Assembly (NCBI GenBank): GCA_963762925.1
Contig: CAVXMP010000024.1
Coordinates: forward strand, 37,187-69,186
From: an uncultured Acidobacteriota bacterium
Lineage (GTDB): Bacteria; Acidobacteriota; Vicinamibacteria; Vicinamibacterales; UBA2999
DNA length: 32,000 nt
Direction: 5' to 3'
The position numbers and the translations under genes are program-made. The notes under the pieces were generated by a model, which saw only the letters and a list, made by a program, of their open reading frames with translations, did no database searches and was not told the DNA's origin. The number at the start of each line of letters is the position of its first letter. The first letter of the stretch is position 1. Below, in pieces: positions 9,192-21,237 of the stretch.

Positions 9192-10057
9192 TCAGCCGGT
9201 CCCGCTCTTCGCGCCAAGCGCTCCATCCTCGAGGTATTTGACGAACACCACTTCGTTCCGCTTCTCGTTGTAGAGCAGCTCGTCGACGCTGCCGCGAACC
9301 ATCAGGAGGCCAAACCCTCCCGGGCGGAGTCCCTTTCTCTTCGCGGACCTGCATGTGCGCGATCGGATCGTCGGGGGCCTGCCAATCGCCGCGTGCGGCA
9401 GATCGTCGATGTTGAATCCAGGACCCGGATCGGCAATGCGGTAGAGCAGCATGCGCTTGGCGCGCAGGTACGAAATCCGCACGGTGCGTCTCGGGTCGAG
9501 GCGACCGCCCCATTCAATCGCGTTCATCAGCAGCTCGCGAAAGGCGTAGGCGATCGACTCGCGCATGTCCGGCGCGAGATCGGCGTCGAGTCCGCGCCAT
9601 CACGTCTTGAAGGCGTTCGACGGCTTCGCGTTGGCAGGGGACGACCAGCTCGACCCAGTCCGGGTCGCGCGGAAATCACCTCGATGGCAGGGAGCTCTGG
9701 CGCCTTGAGCACCTCGCGGACGGTCTGGAGCAGCTCCATCGATGCGATCGGCTTGTGCACGTACTTGAACGCCTGCTGACGCACCGCCTCGAGCAGCGTT
9801 TCCGGAGCGTCGTCGGAGGTCATCACGATCACGCGAGGGCGCGACTTGCGTGTCCGCAGTCGTTCGAGCAGATCGAGCCCGTTCATCCGCGGCATCCAGA
9901 CATCCAGCAACAGCAGATCGAAGCGCCGGTGGCGCAGCGCCTTGAGTGCGTCGACACCGTCCTTTGCCACCGTCACGGTGAACCCGGCGCTCGTCAGGAC
10001 CTTGCGCAGCACGTGCCGCGTCATTCGATCGTCGTCAGCAACGAGAATGCGGCTCAT
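9192..10057 (-). CDS. Response regulator with receiver domain fused to an RsbW/SpoIIAB-like HATPase_c domain. About 4 frameshifts.
   Basis: ORF 9527..10057: MSRILVADDD...LLLLDVWMPRMNGLDLL...VIVMTSDD...KYVHKP (REC). The gene continues across frames as ..ISARP|DWVELVVPCQREAVERLQDVMAR|LDADLAPDMRESIAYAFRELLMNAIEWGG...YRIADPGPGF..HAAIG|.PDDPIAHMQVREEKG|LRPGGFGLLMVRGSVDELLYNEKRNEVVFVKYL. These pieces come from ORFs 9192..9566 and 8911..9513. Inserted single bases are visible at cccgGactgg, cggActcgac and gggActccg (minus sense). Confidence 0.8.
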
Positions 10058-13132
<3,075 letters not shown>

Positions 13133-13216
13133 GGTCCCAGGGGCATTGTGTACCAAACTGCCAAATCTGGCGGAACGCCGCACGCAACCCGAGAATGGCG
13201 GATAAGGAGTGGTGAG

Positions 13217-13790
13217 ATGAAGAATCTGTCGGTAGCCGTGATCCTGGTTGTGGGCACATTCGTTCTGGCCGCCGCTTCGCCTCGTGTGCGACCGAACGAC
13301 AGTCGAGGACCCGTGAGTCCGCTGGTCCAGGTGCAGCCACGACCAGCACAGCCGACGCCAGGCGCCGGGCAACGACTCGTTGGCGCCTGGCAGCTGGAAT
13401 CACGAACCGTCCGCCGGTCCGACGGGACACTCCTGGCCGATCCCGTGCTCGGCGAGCGTCCTCTCGGCCGGCTCTTCTACGATGCGAGCGGCGTCATGAT
13501 GTTGCAGATGATGCGGCTGGGGCGCGCGGCGGCCATCGCCGCGAACTCGCCGGACGGCACTAGTCCCAGGGTGGTCCTGGGCTACGACGCGTATTTCGGA
13601 CGATATGCGGTCGATGAGCGTGCGCGGGACGATCACGCACCGTGTCGAAGGGTCACTGTTCCCGGAAGATCTCGGAAAGGATTTTGTCCGGGGCTTTACG
13701 CTCGAGGACGACGCACTGACGTTGCGATTCACATCGACGGCAGATGGCGCGGAGGTCACCCGAACGTTGGTCTTTCGGCGATTGCGATAA
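13217..13790 (+). CDS. Secreted lipocalin-like domain protein. One frameshift.
   Basis: AAGGAG at 13204-13209 lies 7 nt before ATG 13217. Signal sequence MKNLSVAVILVVGTFVLAAA. LVGAWQLESRTVRRSDGTLLADPVLGERPLGRLFYDASG...YDAYFGRYAVDERA | GTITHRVEGSLFPEDLGKDFVRGFTLEDDALTLRF..RTLVFRRL. Built from ORF 13148..14119 then ORF 13605..13790, with the break near 13620-13635. The pattern matches bacterial lipocalin-like domains from memory. Confidence 0.55.
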
Positions 13791-13936
13791 CGCATCGCCG
13801 CGCGTTCCCGGTCGCGAACCGCGCCCCTGATCGCACAATCGGCATCGGCGCAAGCGGACCTGGGTGCCGTCCCGGCGAATCGTCATGTCAACGGACAGCG
13901 ACCAATGCGAGAATGGCGCACTCACGAGGAGGTGTC

Positions 13937-15104
13937 ATGCCCACGCCGCGAATCCTGCTCTCCACGTTCAGCGCCTGCGCCGTCTTTCTGCTGACGGTCT
14001 CCAGCAACTTCGATTCGCCGCGCGACGTTGTCGGCGCAGGCCGCCGCGAAGGTGGCGAATCCCATCACCGGCGAGGGGCTGCCGAACCCGGCACCGAAGG
14101 TGACCCGCAACTGGGGTGAGCTCCCCGCGGGCCGCAAGTGGGGCACGTCGGCCGGCCTCGACATCGATCCGAAGGACGGCACACATCTGGGGCTACGAGC
14201 GCTGCGGCGCCGGCGCGACGGCCGGCGGCGGGCGGTGGCGGATCATGCGACACCAACCTCGTCGATCCCGATCTTCAAGTTCGATCGCAACACCGGCAAG
14301 GTGCTGGCGAACTTCGGCAAGGGCGTGATGGTGACGCCGCACGGCATTCACGTGGACCGGCAGGGCAACGTGTGGATTGCGGACTTCGCGGGCAATAAGG
14401 CCGGGACCAAGGGACATCAGGTCCACAAGTTCAGCCCGAAGGGCGAAAAGCTCCTGAGCCTCGGCATCGCCGGCAAGCCGGGCAACGCCGATGGTCAGTT
14501 CAACCAGCCCAACGACGTCGTCGTCGGGCCCGACGGCAGCATCTACGTCTCCGACGGCCACGACGCCCAGGGCATGACCACCAACGCGGCGATCGCCGAA
14601 GGGCTCAAGCGCGGCGCCACGTCGCGCATCAGCAAGTTCACGCCCGACGGCAAGTTCATCAAGTCGTGGGGGAAGATCGGCGTGCGCCACGGCGAGTTCC
14701 GCACGCCGCACGCGCTGATGTTCGATGCGAAGGGCCGTCTCTGGGTGGCGGATCGCGGCAACCACCGGCTCGAGATCTTCGATCAGGACGGCAAGTACCT
14801 CGAATCGCGCTACATGTACGGGCGCATCAGCGGGTTCTTCATCAAGGGCGACCTGGTCTACGCGATCGACTCGGAGTCGGGTCCGTTGAACCACCCGAAC
14901 TGGCGCAACGGCGTGCGCATCGGTCCGCTCGACGAGGATCGCATCACCGCGTTCATCCCGCCGTTCGAGCGCGAAGACCGCGTGTACCAGGGGACGGCTG
15001 GCGAAGGCGTCGCGGTCGACGCGGACGGCAATGTCTACGCAGCGGAAGGGCCGAACTCGCTGACCCAGGCGGGCGGCGCGTTCACCAAATACTCCGTGAA
15101 GTGA
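13937..15104 (+). CDS. Secreted NHL-repeat six-bladed beta-propeller protein (peptidyl-alpha-hydroxyglycine lyase-like). About 4 indels near the 5' end.
   Basis: GAGGAGG at 13926-13932 precedes ATG 13937. Signal peptide MPTPRILLSTFSACAVFLLTV (frame of ORF 13148..14119), then a switch near 14030 into ORF 14028..15104. NHL-like blades: PHGIHVDRQGNVWIADF, QFNQPNDVVVGPDGSIYVSDG, FRTPHALMFDAKGRLWVADRGNHRLEIFDQDGKY, GEGVAVDADGNVYAAEG. Segment 14181-14269 reads correctly only by stepping through all three frames (DGHIWGYERCGAGATAGGG / GSCDTNLVDP / IFKFDRNTGKV). Confidence 0.75.
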
Positions 15105-15144
15105 ACGCGCGATCGGGCGCGACGTCGGTCAGCTCCTCAGCGAA

Positions 15145-15184
15145 GCGCAAACGGTAACGGAGTTTAGCCCGTGGCCGTTTGCGC
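15145..15184. terminator. GC-rich hairpin between convergent genes (possible bidirectional terminator).
   Basis: GCGCAAACGG (15145-15154) and CCGTTTGCGC (15175-15184) form a perfect 10-bp inverted repeat with a 20-nt loop, which holds an inner ACGG/CCGT pair. It lies between the NHL stop (15104) and the DUF4150 stop (15218). There is no clear U-tract on either strand. Confidence 0.35.
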
Positions 15185-15217
15185 AACTGTCCCGCCGGCA
15201 GACTGCCCATCGTACGG

Positions 15218-15657
15218 CTACTCGACCTTGACCTTGGTCGTCGTGTTGGACACCGTCAGGTTCGATCGCCTCAATCTTGCGTAGAGGAGTATCTGATCCT
15301 GGGGCGTCGTGACTGGAAGGCCCTGAACCATCAGCCTGGCGCCTCCCGCCGTGAAACCGAGTGTCCTGAGCTGATTCATCAACGAGACGCCCGCGCCGGT
15401 CTTCGGCAGGTCCTTGAAATTTCCTGCTTCACCGCCGGAGCTGCGCCACAAATTCAATCCGACGCCGGCTACCGACTTCGAAGCTCCGGTCTTTACTCCC
15501 GCTCCCCCGGCAGCGGGGGAGCTGTGCTCGGGTAGGCGAGAGGAATGAATGGGGCCGGTGGTGCCGGAATCTTGCAGACGTCCGGAAAGAGCGTGGCTAC
15601 ACCGCCTGAACTCTTGTGAACCAACAACGCGTCGACGACGGTAACAGTCGCTCCCAT
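15218..15657 (-). CDS. Small PAAR-like DUF4150 domain protein (~146 aa). One frameshift.
   Basis: Minus-strand ATG at 15657, preceded by AGGGGAGGGAGCG. MGATVTVVDALLVHKSSGGVATLFPDVCKIPAPPAPFIPLAYPSTAPPLPG | GAGVKTGASKSVAGVGLNLWRSSGGEAGNFKDL..ARLMVQGLPVTT... The break lies near 15505; the downstream part is ORF 15218..15457. The H-K-x-S-G-G...F-P-D-V-C-K-x-P-x-P...P-x-x-Y-P and S-S-G-x-E-A-G motifs match the DUF4150 (PAAR-like) consensus as I remember it. Confidence 0.6.
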
Positions 15658-15857
15658 CGCTCCCTCCCCTTCGGTCGGACGTGCCTCAGTGGCCGCGGCG
15701 GGTTCAGCTTCCCTGCGTGCGTGCAGCCGCCACGCCGCTGAGGCTCAGGACTGGCATTCTCGCACATCGGCGACTCCCGTTACTTGACTGAGTGACCACC
15801 GAAGCAATGCTCCCCCGTCCGTCAGTTGTCGTTCAGTAAGGCCTCAAACGACCGCTA

Positions 15858-18687
15858 TCAACGCCCTTCGTTCACCGCACAGACGCTGGCGTCCAAGTCG
15901 CCGATCAGCCTCACCCAGGAGACGGCGTCGACGACACCCAGGTGCCGGCAGGCGACGTTTCTCAGATCATCCACGCGCCACGGACTGACGTGCAGGTAAT
16001 TCTCGCCGGCTGCGACAATCCGCGAACCATCACCGACGAAGGTCACCGCATCGACGCGAAACGGAAACGAGAGTTGCGCCCGCGCGGTGCCGTTCGCCGC
16101 GTCCCAGATGCGGACGGTGCGATCGTGTGCGCCACTTGCGACCAAACGCTCATCGATACTGATATCCACGGCGCCGACTCGCCCTGCGTGCAGTCCTGTC
16201 CAAACGCGCTGACCGTTCGTCGGATTCCACAACGACACCGCGCCGTCTTCGCTGCCGGTCGCGAGCCGGGTGTTGCTGAACTGCAGCGCTCGCACCGAGG
16301 TGCTCACCGGTATGCGCACACGATCCCGCCATTCGCCGGCGACGTCCCACACCGTGACGGCGCCGTCGCTTGCGATGGCAAGAGCATCGCCCTTCGCCGT
16401 CAGCGCGAGCGCGTCGACCGGCGCGTCGAAGCGATGCTGCGAGACGAATGCCGCATCCTTCGCCGCCAAAGCTTCACGACGTGATCGGCGGACGTGGTCG
16501 CAACGATCGACCCATCGGCTGCAAGCGTCGCGCGCACGAGCCGTTCGGTCCCGGGCTCATGAACGATTTCGCGGGACGACTGCAGATCGGTGCCATCGAA
16601 CACGAACACCGTGCCCTCGCTCCCAGCCGTCATAATCACGCGTCCGTCGCGGCTCACTGCGGCGCCGGTCAGGTCGTTGCCGTGGCGCCGCAGCCGCGCC
16701 TCCACCCGAAGTGGTCGAGTCCCCAGACACGGCCGGCAAACTCGCCTGCAGTGATGACCCTCGTGCCGTCGGCGGTTGCGACCGCGGCGGTCACCCCTTG
16801 CCCATGACGGCTCCAATCGACGTCCGGATCTGGATCCACGTTCCACACGCGTACCCATCCGTCGCTCCCAGCCGTGGCAAACGATTGGCTATCCGGCGCC
16901 GGGCCGACGCTGCTGATCGATTGCGCGCGGCTGCGGATGAACGAGGTCAGGTTTGAGCCGTGGGTCGTGATGCCCGTAAGGCGGGTCGACTGAAAGAAAT
17001 CGTTGAAGTCGTCTCGCGCCAGACCAGCATCCCACACTCGAACGATGCCATCCTCCGCCGCGGTAATGATGGAGCGCCCATCCGGCGTGAACTCCGCGGC
17101 GAGTACGCGAGAGGGATGCGGCAGTTGCGCGATGGTCGGGGACATGTCCGATAGCGTGGGATACAACGTGACGAGCCCGGTGACATTGGCAGCGAGGAGC
17201 GCGTCGCCAGACGGATCGAAGCGCACGTGCGCGAAGCCGGTACTGTCGACGAGCCGCTGCCGCTCCGCACCGGATGCGACATCGAGCACCGTGAGCCGTG
17301 TTGGTTCCTCGACGGGGAGCAGCCGGCTGTCCTCGCTGAACTGCACGTCGGCGGACTCCCACAATCGACCGCGTTTGAGCGGTTGTTCGAGTGAAACCAC
17401 GGGGCGGCACTGTGCCGTTCCCTGCAGCTCCCAGAGGCACGCGACCGGCGCGCCCGGTTGCGTCGCCTGTATACCCAACGCGACGTGAGCTCCGTTGCGG
17501 CTGATGGTGGCCGACCGGATCCCGGCCTGGACCGGCAACTCGCCAATGGAATTCCAAGCCTCGCTCGCCCACACTCTCACTGACGCCGTTGATGGTCCGG
17601 TGCTGGCTGACGTCATCAACAACCGGCCGTCGGTGCTGAACTCGGCGCGCGACACGCCGGCGTGAGGCACACACGACACGGTGCGCCCACTCTCGATTTC
17701 GACGATCAACACGCACGGCCCGGCATCAGACACGACGAGCAGCCGTTCATTCGGGCTGATGACGGCGGCAGCCAGAGCGGCACGTTCGGTCCGCCATACC
17801 TCCTTCATCGTGCCGGCCTCGAGAACCGTCAGCACATCGCGCGGTGTATCCAGCCGTCCGGCGGTGAGCAAGTAGCGGCCACCGGCGCTGTAGCGGACGC
17901 GACTGGCCAACCGGCCAATCTTCTGCGCCTTGAGCGGACGGCGTGCGAACGGGAGCACTCGCGCGAGAACCTGGCCGGCCTCGGGCGATGTGTGTCGCGA
18001 TAGCGCCGCGACGCCGTACGCGAGCGCGCGCAGGGGATTCTGATCGACATCGAATGCGAGCGCGGCGCGGGCGCTCAATTGCTCGGCCTCTCGCTGGCGT
18101 GCCTGATCGGAAGCCCGGCGCGCCGACCACCACGTTGCCGCACCGAGCGCCGCGGCAACGACGACGATGAAGGCGATGAGCCGCTGCGCGAAAATGCGGC
18201 TGCCTGTCGATTTGAGGTGCTGCCGGATGCCTCTGAGCACGTCGCGCGACGGGCTCGACTCCAGCGCGGCCGGCGACTCGTCGAGCCAGACGAGGTTGAG
18301 CGGCGTGAGCAACGGCCACGCTCCCTGTGCGAAGGAGCCCGAGAAGTCGACGGGCACCACGGGTCGGCCGGTCTGCAGATAGGTCTGCACTTCGAGTTGC
18401 ACATGTTTCGACCGGCTGGCGCCCTCTGTGGCCACGACGATCAGCAGCCGGCTTTTCTTGAGCGCCTTGGCCAGCGTCGGAGTCAGTAGATCGCCGGCAA
18501 GCACATCACGGCGATCGAGAAAGCACACAATCCCGGTGCGTTCGAGGTGCCGATGCAGGGCGCGCGCGTAGCGGCGGCCGTCGCGGCGCGCGTACCAGAT
18601 GAACACGTCGTACAGGAAGAGGGTGACGCACGCACGCACCAGCCCTCGCCAGCGCAACCGCAGCGTTCGTCCAGGAGAACCAGCCAT
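15858..18687 (-). CDS. TIR-TM-WD40 protein (~940 aa): N-terminal TIR domain, one hydrophobic helix, then ~14 WD40-like repeats. Two frameshifts.
   Basis: ORF 16669..18687 starts at ATG 18687. TIR: LYDVFIWYARRDGRRYARALHRHLERTGIVCFLDRRDVLAGDLLTPTLAKALKKSRLLIVVATEGASRSKHVQLEV. Helix: LIAFIVVVAAALGAATWW. Repeats end in ..VRVWAS, ..IVRVWDAG, ..GWVRVWNV, ..GRVWGLD. The gene continues after a break near 16700-16712 in ORF 16400..16858 (GNDLTGAAVSRDGRVIMTAGSEGTVFVFD...ADHVVKLW). After a second break near 16465-16475 it continues in ORF 15858..16469 (..DGAVTVWDV, ..DGAVSLWNP, ..DRTVRIWDA). Confidence 0.8.
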
Positions 18688-18764
18688 CGCCGCCGGCGAT
18701 TGTAATCGCTCCGGCGCGAGGAGCTCCGCTGGTCAAAAGCTGGACTGGCGATGCAGACGAACAA

Positions 18765-18790
18765 ACGGCCGCCCGTGACCAGGCGGCCGT
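18765..18790 (-). terminator. Intrinsic terminator downstream of the small secreted-protein gene.
   Basis: Minus-sense RNA: ACGGCCGCC-UGGUCACG-GGCGGCCGU, a 9-bp perfect GC-rich stem with an 8-nt loop, followed by UUGUUCGUCU. It starts ~30 nt after the stop at 18820-18822. This separates that gene from the TIR-WD40 gene downstream. Confidence 0.55.
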
Positions 18791-18819
18791 GTGCTCGCAG
18801 AGCGATCCGTGGCGCGGTG

Positions 18820-19268
18820 CTACTTCTTGCGGATGTAGGTCACGTGCGTGACGCCCGTGATCTTGCCTTCCTTGTCCATGCGGATGTACTCGTTATTGAT
18901 CGTGTTGTTGTCTTCCGACAACGTGTTGATGACCACCTGGTACACCACGCCGTCCCGCTTGTTGTAGATGCGCGTGCTCTTCTCGTTGATGACCTCGACG
19001 GCGGTCTCGGAGCCCTGCTGACCGGTGACGGGGCGGAACTTGCCGTCGAAGATCGTCACGTAGCTCCACTCGTCCCCGGCTTACTGGGGTTGCTGACGGT
19101 GATCTTCATGCCGCCCTTCTCGTACGGCTCGTAGGTCATGACGTTGTTGGGATTGGTCGAGTTGTCCCAGACGCCGAAGCGCGTCTCACCCTGAGCCCAA
19201 CTCGGGCTGGCGGAGATAGATCACCGCAGTGAAGATGGCGGCACAAACGAACAGATTCCGGAATGGCA
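18820..19268 (-). CDS. Small secreted hypothetical protein (~148 aa). Two frameshifts.
   Basis: AGGAG lies 8 nt before ATG 19268. MPFRNLFVCAAIFTAVIYLR | ..SWAQGETRFGVWDNSTNPNNVMTYEPYEKGGMKITVSNPSKPG | DEWSYVTIFDGKFRPVTGQQGSETAVEVINEKSTRIYNKRDGVVYQVVINTLSEDNNTINNEYIRMDKEGKITGVTHVTYIRKK. The last part is ORF 18820..19059. Breaks lie near 19205 and 19075. No family assigned. Confidence 0.5.
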
Positions 19269-19306
19269 TTGACTCAGCTCCTGTTTGGGGCCTCCGCACG
19301 ACGAAG

Positions 19307-19335
19307 AACCCGGGTCAGCATACTCAATGCGGCGG
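19307..19335 (-). promoter_or_regulatory. Sigma-70-like promoter candidate for the small secreted-protein gene.
   Basis: Minus sense: TTGCAG (19335-19330), 17-nt spacer, TATGCT (19312-19307), ~38 nt upstream of ATG 19268. Promoter consensus in this lineage is uncertain. Confidence 0.3.
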
Positions 19336-19373
19336 AGTGCTGCAATGATGTCCGCCTGACAAACGTGACTGGA

Positions 19374-20321
19374 TCAATATTCCGAAGACGGTCCGGCAAC
19401 TGGCTGAGACGCGATGCGGGCGCCCGCGGCCGCTCGGCGGTCGGCGCGCCGGCGCGAACTGAGAAGCGCCAGCGCGCCGACGATCATGGCGATGATACCC
19501 AAGTAGATCGCCCATACGGCCGGTCCGGACGTAAGTCCCGCGAAGGCGATGAGGTCTCGTGCATTCGTTAACAGGAGGAGGCCGGCCACCGCGACGCCCA
19601 TTGGCCCCGGCGCGACGTAGCGAATCAACCAGGCTGCGGCCGGCGCCGCGACGACTCCGCCGAGCAACATCGACAGCAACATCGTGCCGTTGACGCCGGC
19701 AGCGCCCAAGGACGCAATCAGCGAGAAGGCCGACGTGGACGCGACCGCGATTTCGGCCGTGTTGACACATCCAATCGCGTAGCGCGGGCGAACGCCGCGG
19801 TGCAAGAGAAAGGGCGTCACCACGGGTCCCCAGGCCCCAATCATGCCGTTGGTTACGCCGCCCAGGAACGCGGCGATCTTCACGCCGCGCCGGTCGTAGC
19901 GGAGCTCCCGCTTCAGACTCCCCAGGATAGGAATTGTGGCCTTCTCCGAACGCGGAAGTGGGCGCGCGAATCTCACGAGGATCCGAAGTCCGATGATCGT
20001 GAGCAGCATCGCGAGGTAAGGCCGCAGGGTCGCCCCATTGATGCTCGAGAGCACGGTCACGCCGACCAGCGCGCCGAAGCAGCCGGGCACCGCCAGCCGC
20101 AGCACGAGCCCCCGATCGAGGTTGTGAAACCGCCAGTGCGAGATCCCAGCGACCAGACCGGTGACCACTTTCGCAAGATTGACCGAGGCCGACACCGCCG
20201 TCGGTGCGAGGCCGGCGCCGAGCAAGATGCTCGAGCTCGTCGGGCCGAAGCCCATTCCCAGCGCGCCGTCCACGAGCGACGCGGCGAAACCGGCTAAGGC
20301 AAACAGAAGGAGGTCACGCAT
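19374..20321 (-). CDS. TauE/SafE (TSUP) family anion/sulfite exporter-type permease.
   Basis: Intact 315-aa ORF, polytopic. MRDLLLFALAGFAASLVDGALGMGFGPTSSSILL..., with a repeated G-rich half (..FLGGVTNGMIGAWGPVVTPFLL..) typical of 4-TM + 4-TM TSUP proteins. Confidence 0.8.
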   Translation of the reverse strand: MRDLLLFALAGFAASLVDGALGMGFGPTSSSILLGAGLAPTAVSASVNLAKVVTGLVAGISHWRFHNLDRGLVLRLAVPGCFGALVGVTVLSSINGATLRPYLAMLLTIIGLRILVRFARPLPRSEKATIPILGSLKRELRYDRRGVKIAAFLGGVTNGMIGAWGPVVTPFLLHRGVRPRYAIGCVNTAEIAVASTSAFSLIASLGAAGVNGTMLLSMLLGGVVAAPAAAWLIRYVAPGPMGVAVAGLLLLTNARDLIAFAGLTSGPAVWAIYLGIIAMIVGALALLSSRRRADRRAAAGARIASQPVAGPSSEY

Positions 20322-21237
20322 AGTATGAAATACCGAGGCGGCGTGAGTGACAGTGCAACCGGCTGGGTCTTGTCATCACACGAGGAACCGCGTGTGCCGA
20401 CGCACGAGTTGCCGAATATGCTCACACTCCTCGACGAGCTGTCGCACGCTCAAGTATCCCTGAAGCCGCAACCAACACCTCAGCCTCGCCGGGACTCGCC
20501 TTCACCTAGCAGCCCGTGGTGAAAGTCGCGACGGCATTCGGCCGGCGATGCATCCCCGCGGACGGCGTTGCTTCTCCTTCAAATATGGCCCGATATTCTC
20601 AGTCGTCGCGCCTTGCTCGCGGGGCGCCTCGCCGCCCTCGGTGCTCGCCGTGACTTCCACCACGGGCTGCTAGCTCGGCACGACCGGCGCCGCGCATGCC
20701 CGCGATCGTGCCGCCTTCCGGCGGCAGGCGAGGCGATTCAACTCCTTATCGGTCATCTCGATGCAGACGAGTATCGTGGCCATAAGCAGAAGGTCCGGGC
20801 GACGACTCGTGGGCATCGAACCAGAATCGCTCGAGGGGGTGGACGCCAGGGCGGGCAGGCGAACGGCTACCCTTGGCGACTGATGAAGAGTCATCTGCGA
20901 GTAACGCAGACCGCCCGCGTAGAACGAGGCCGCGCAAGACGGCGTACCTGGGACTGGTGAAGATGAGCGCGCTGAGTATTCGCAAAGTGCTGGTCGACCG
21001 CTATCTGTGGCTTGGCCTCGTCCTCGTTGCATGCGCAAGCCTTCGCGGACCACCGGTGCTTGGATTGGCGATTTCTGGTCACACAGCGCGGCGGTTCGCG
21101 AGATTGCCGACCGACCGTTCGGCCCGCGGCATCCAGAAGTCGCCGCCGCCCTCCCCGGTGTGTTCTACACGCCCTACACGGTGGCGGTCGGGACCGTGGC
21201 GATCGAGTACGGGCGGCTGCGGCCTCGTTCCCGAACC

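Noticed and set aside
14193-14894. 233-aa minus-strand ORF opposite the NHL-propeller gene.
   Set aside because: It is an antisense shadow ORF with Arg/Val/Asp-rich composition and no motifs. The plus-strand frame carries clear NHL blades.
15218-15657. Calling a type VI secretion locus from the DUF4150 gene.
   Set aside because: No Hcp, VgrG, TssA-M, ClpV or Rhs/toxin genes lie in the 32 kb, and a single PAAR-like ORF is not sufficient.
16889-17716. 275-aa and 199-aa same-strand ORFs (16889..17716, 16947..17546), plus plus-strand ORFs inside the TIR-WD40 gene.
   Set aside because: These are off-frame or antisense readings of a gene whose main frame shows TIR and WD40 motifs. Their translations are Arg/Pro/Ser-rich.
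20325-20960. Plus-strand ORFs 20325..20522 and 20568..20960.
   Set aside because: The first starts 3 nt from the divergent TauE start, where that gene's promoter must lie. The second is Arg-rich. Neither has an SD or any recognisable motif.
20670-20990. Faint resemblance of minus-strand frames (..PGVHPLERF..GHDTRLH.., ..LLLMATILVCIEMTDKEL) to the C-terminus of a tyrosine recombinase, which would have marked a mobile-element boundary.
   Set aside because: The resemblance needs three frames stitched together. There is no clear R..H..R..Y catalytic pattern and no adjacent tRNA or repeats, so I cannot support it.
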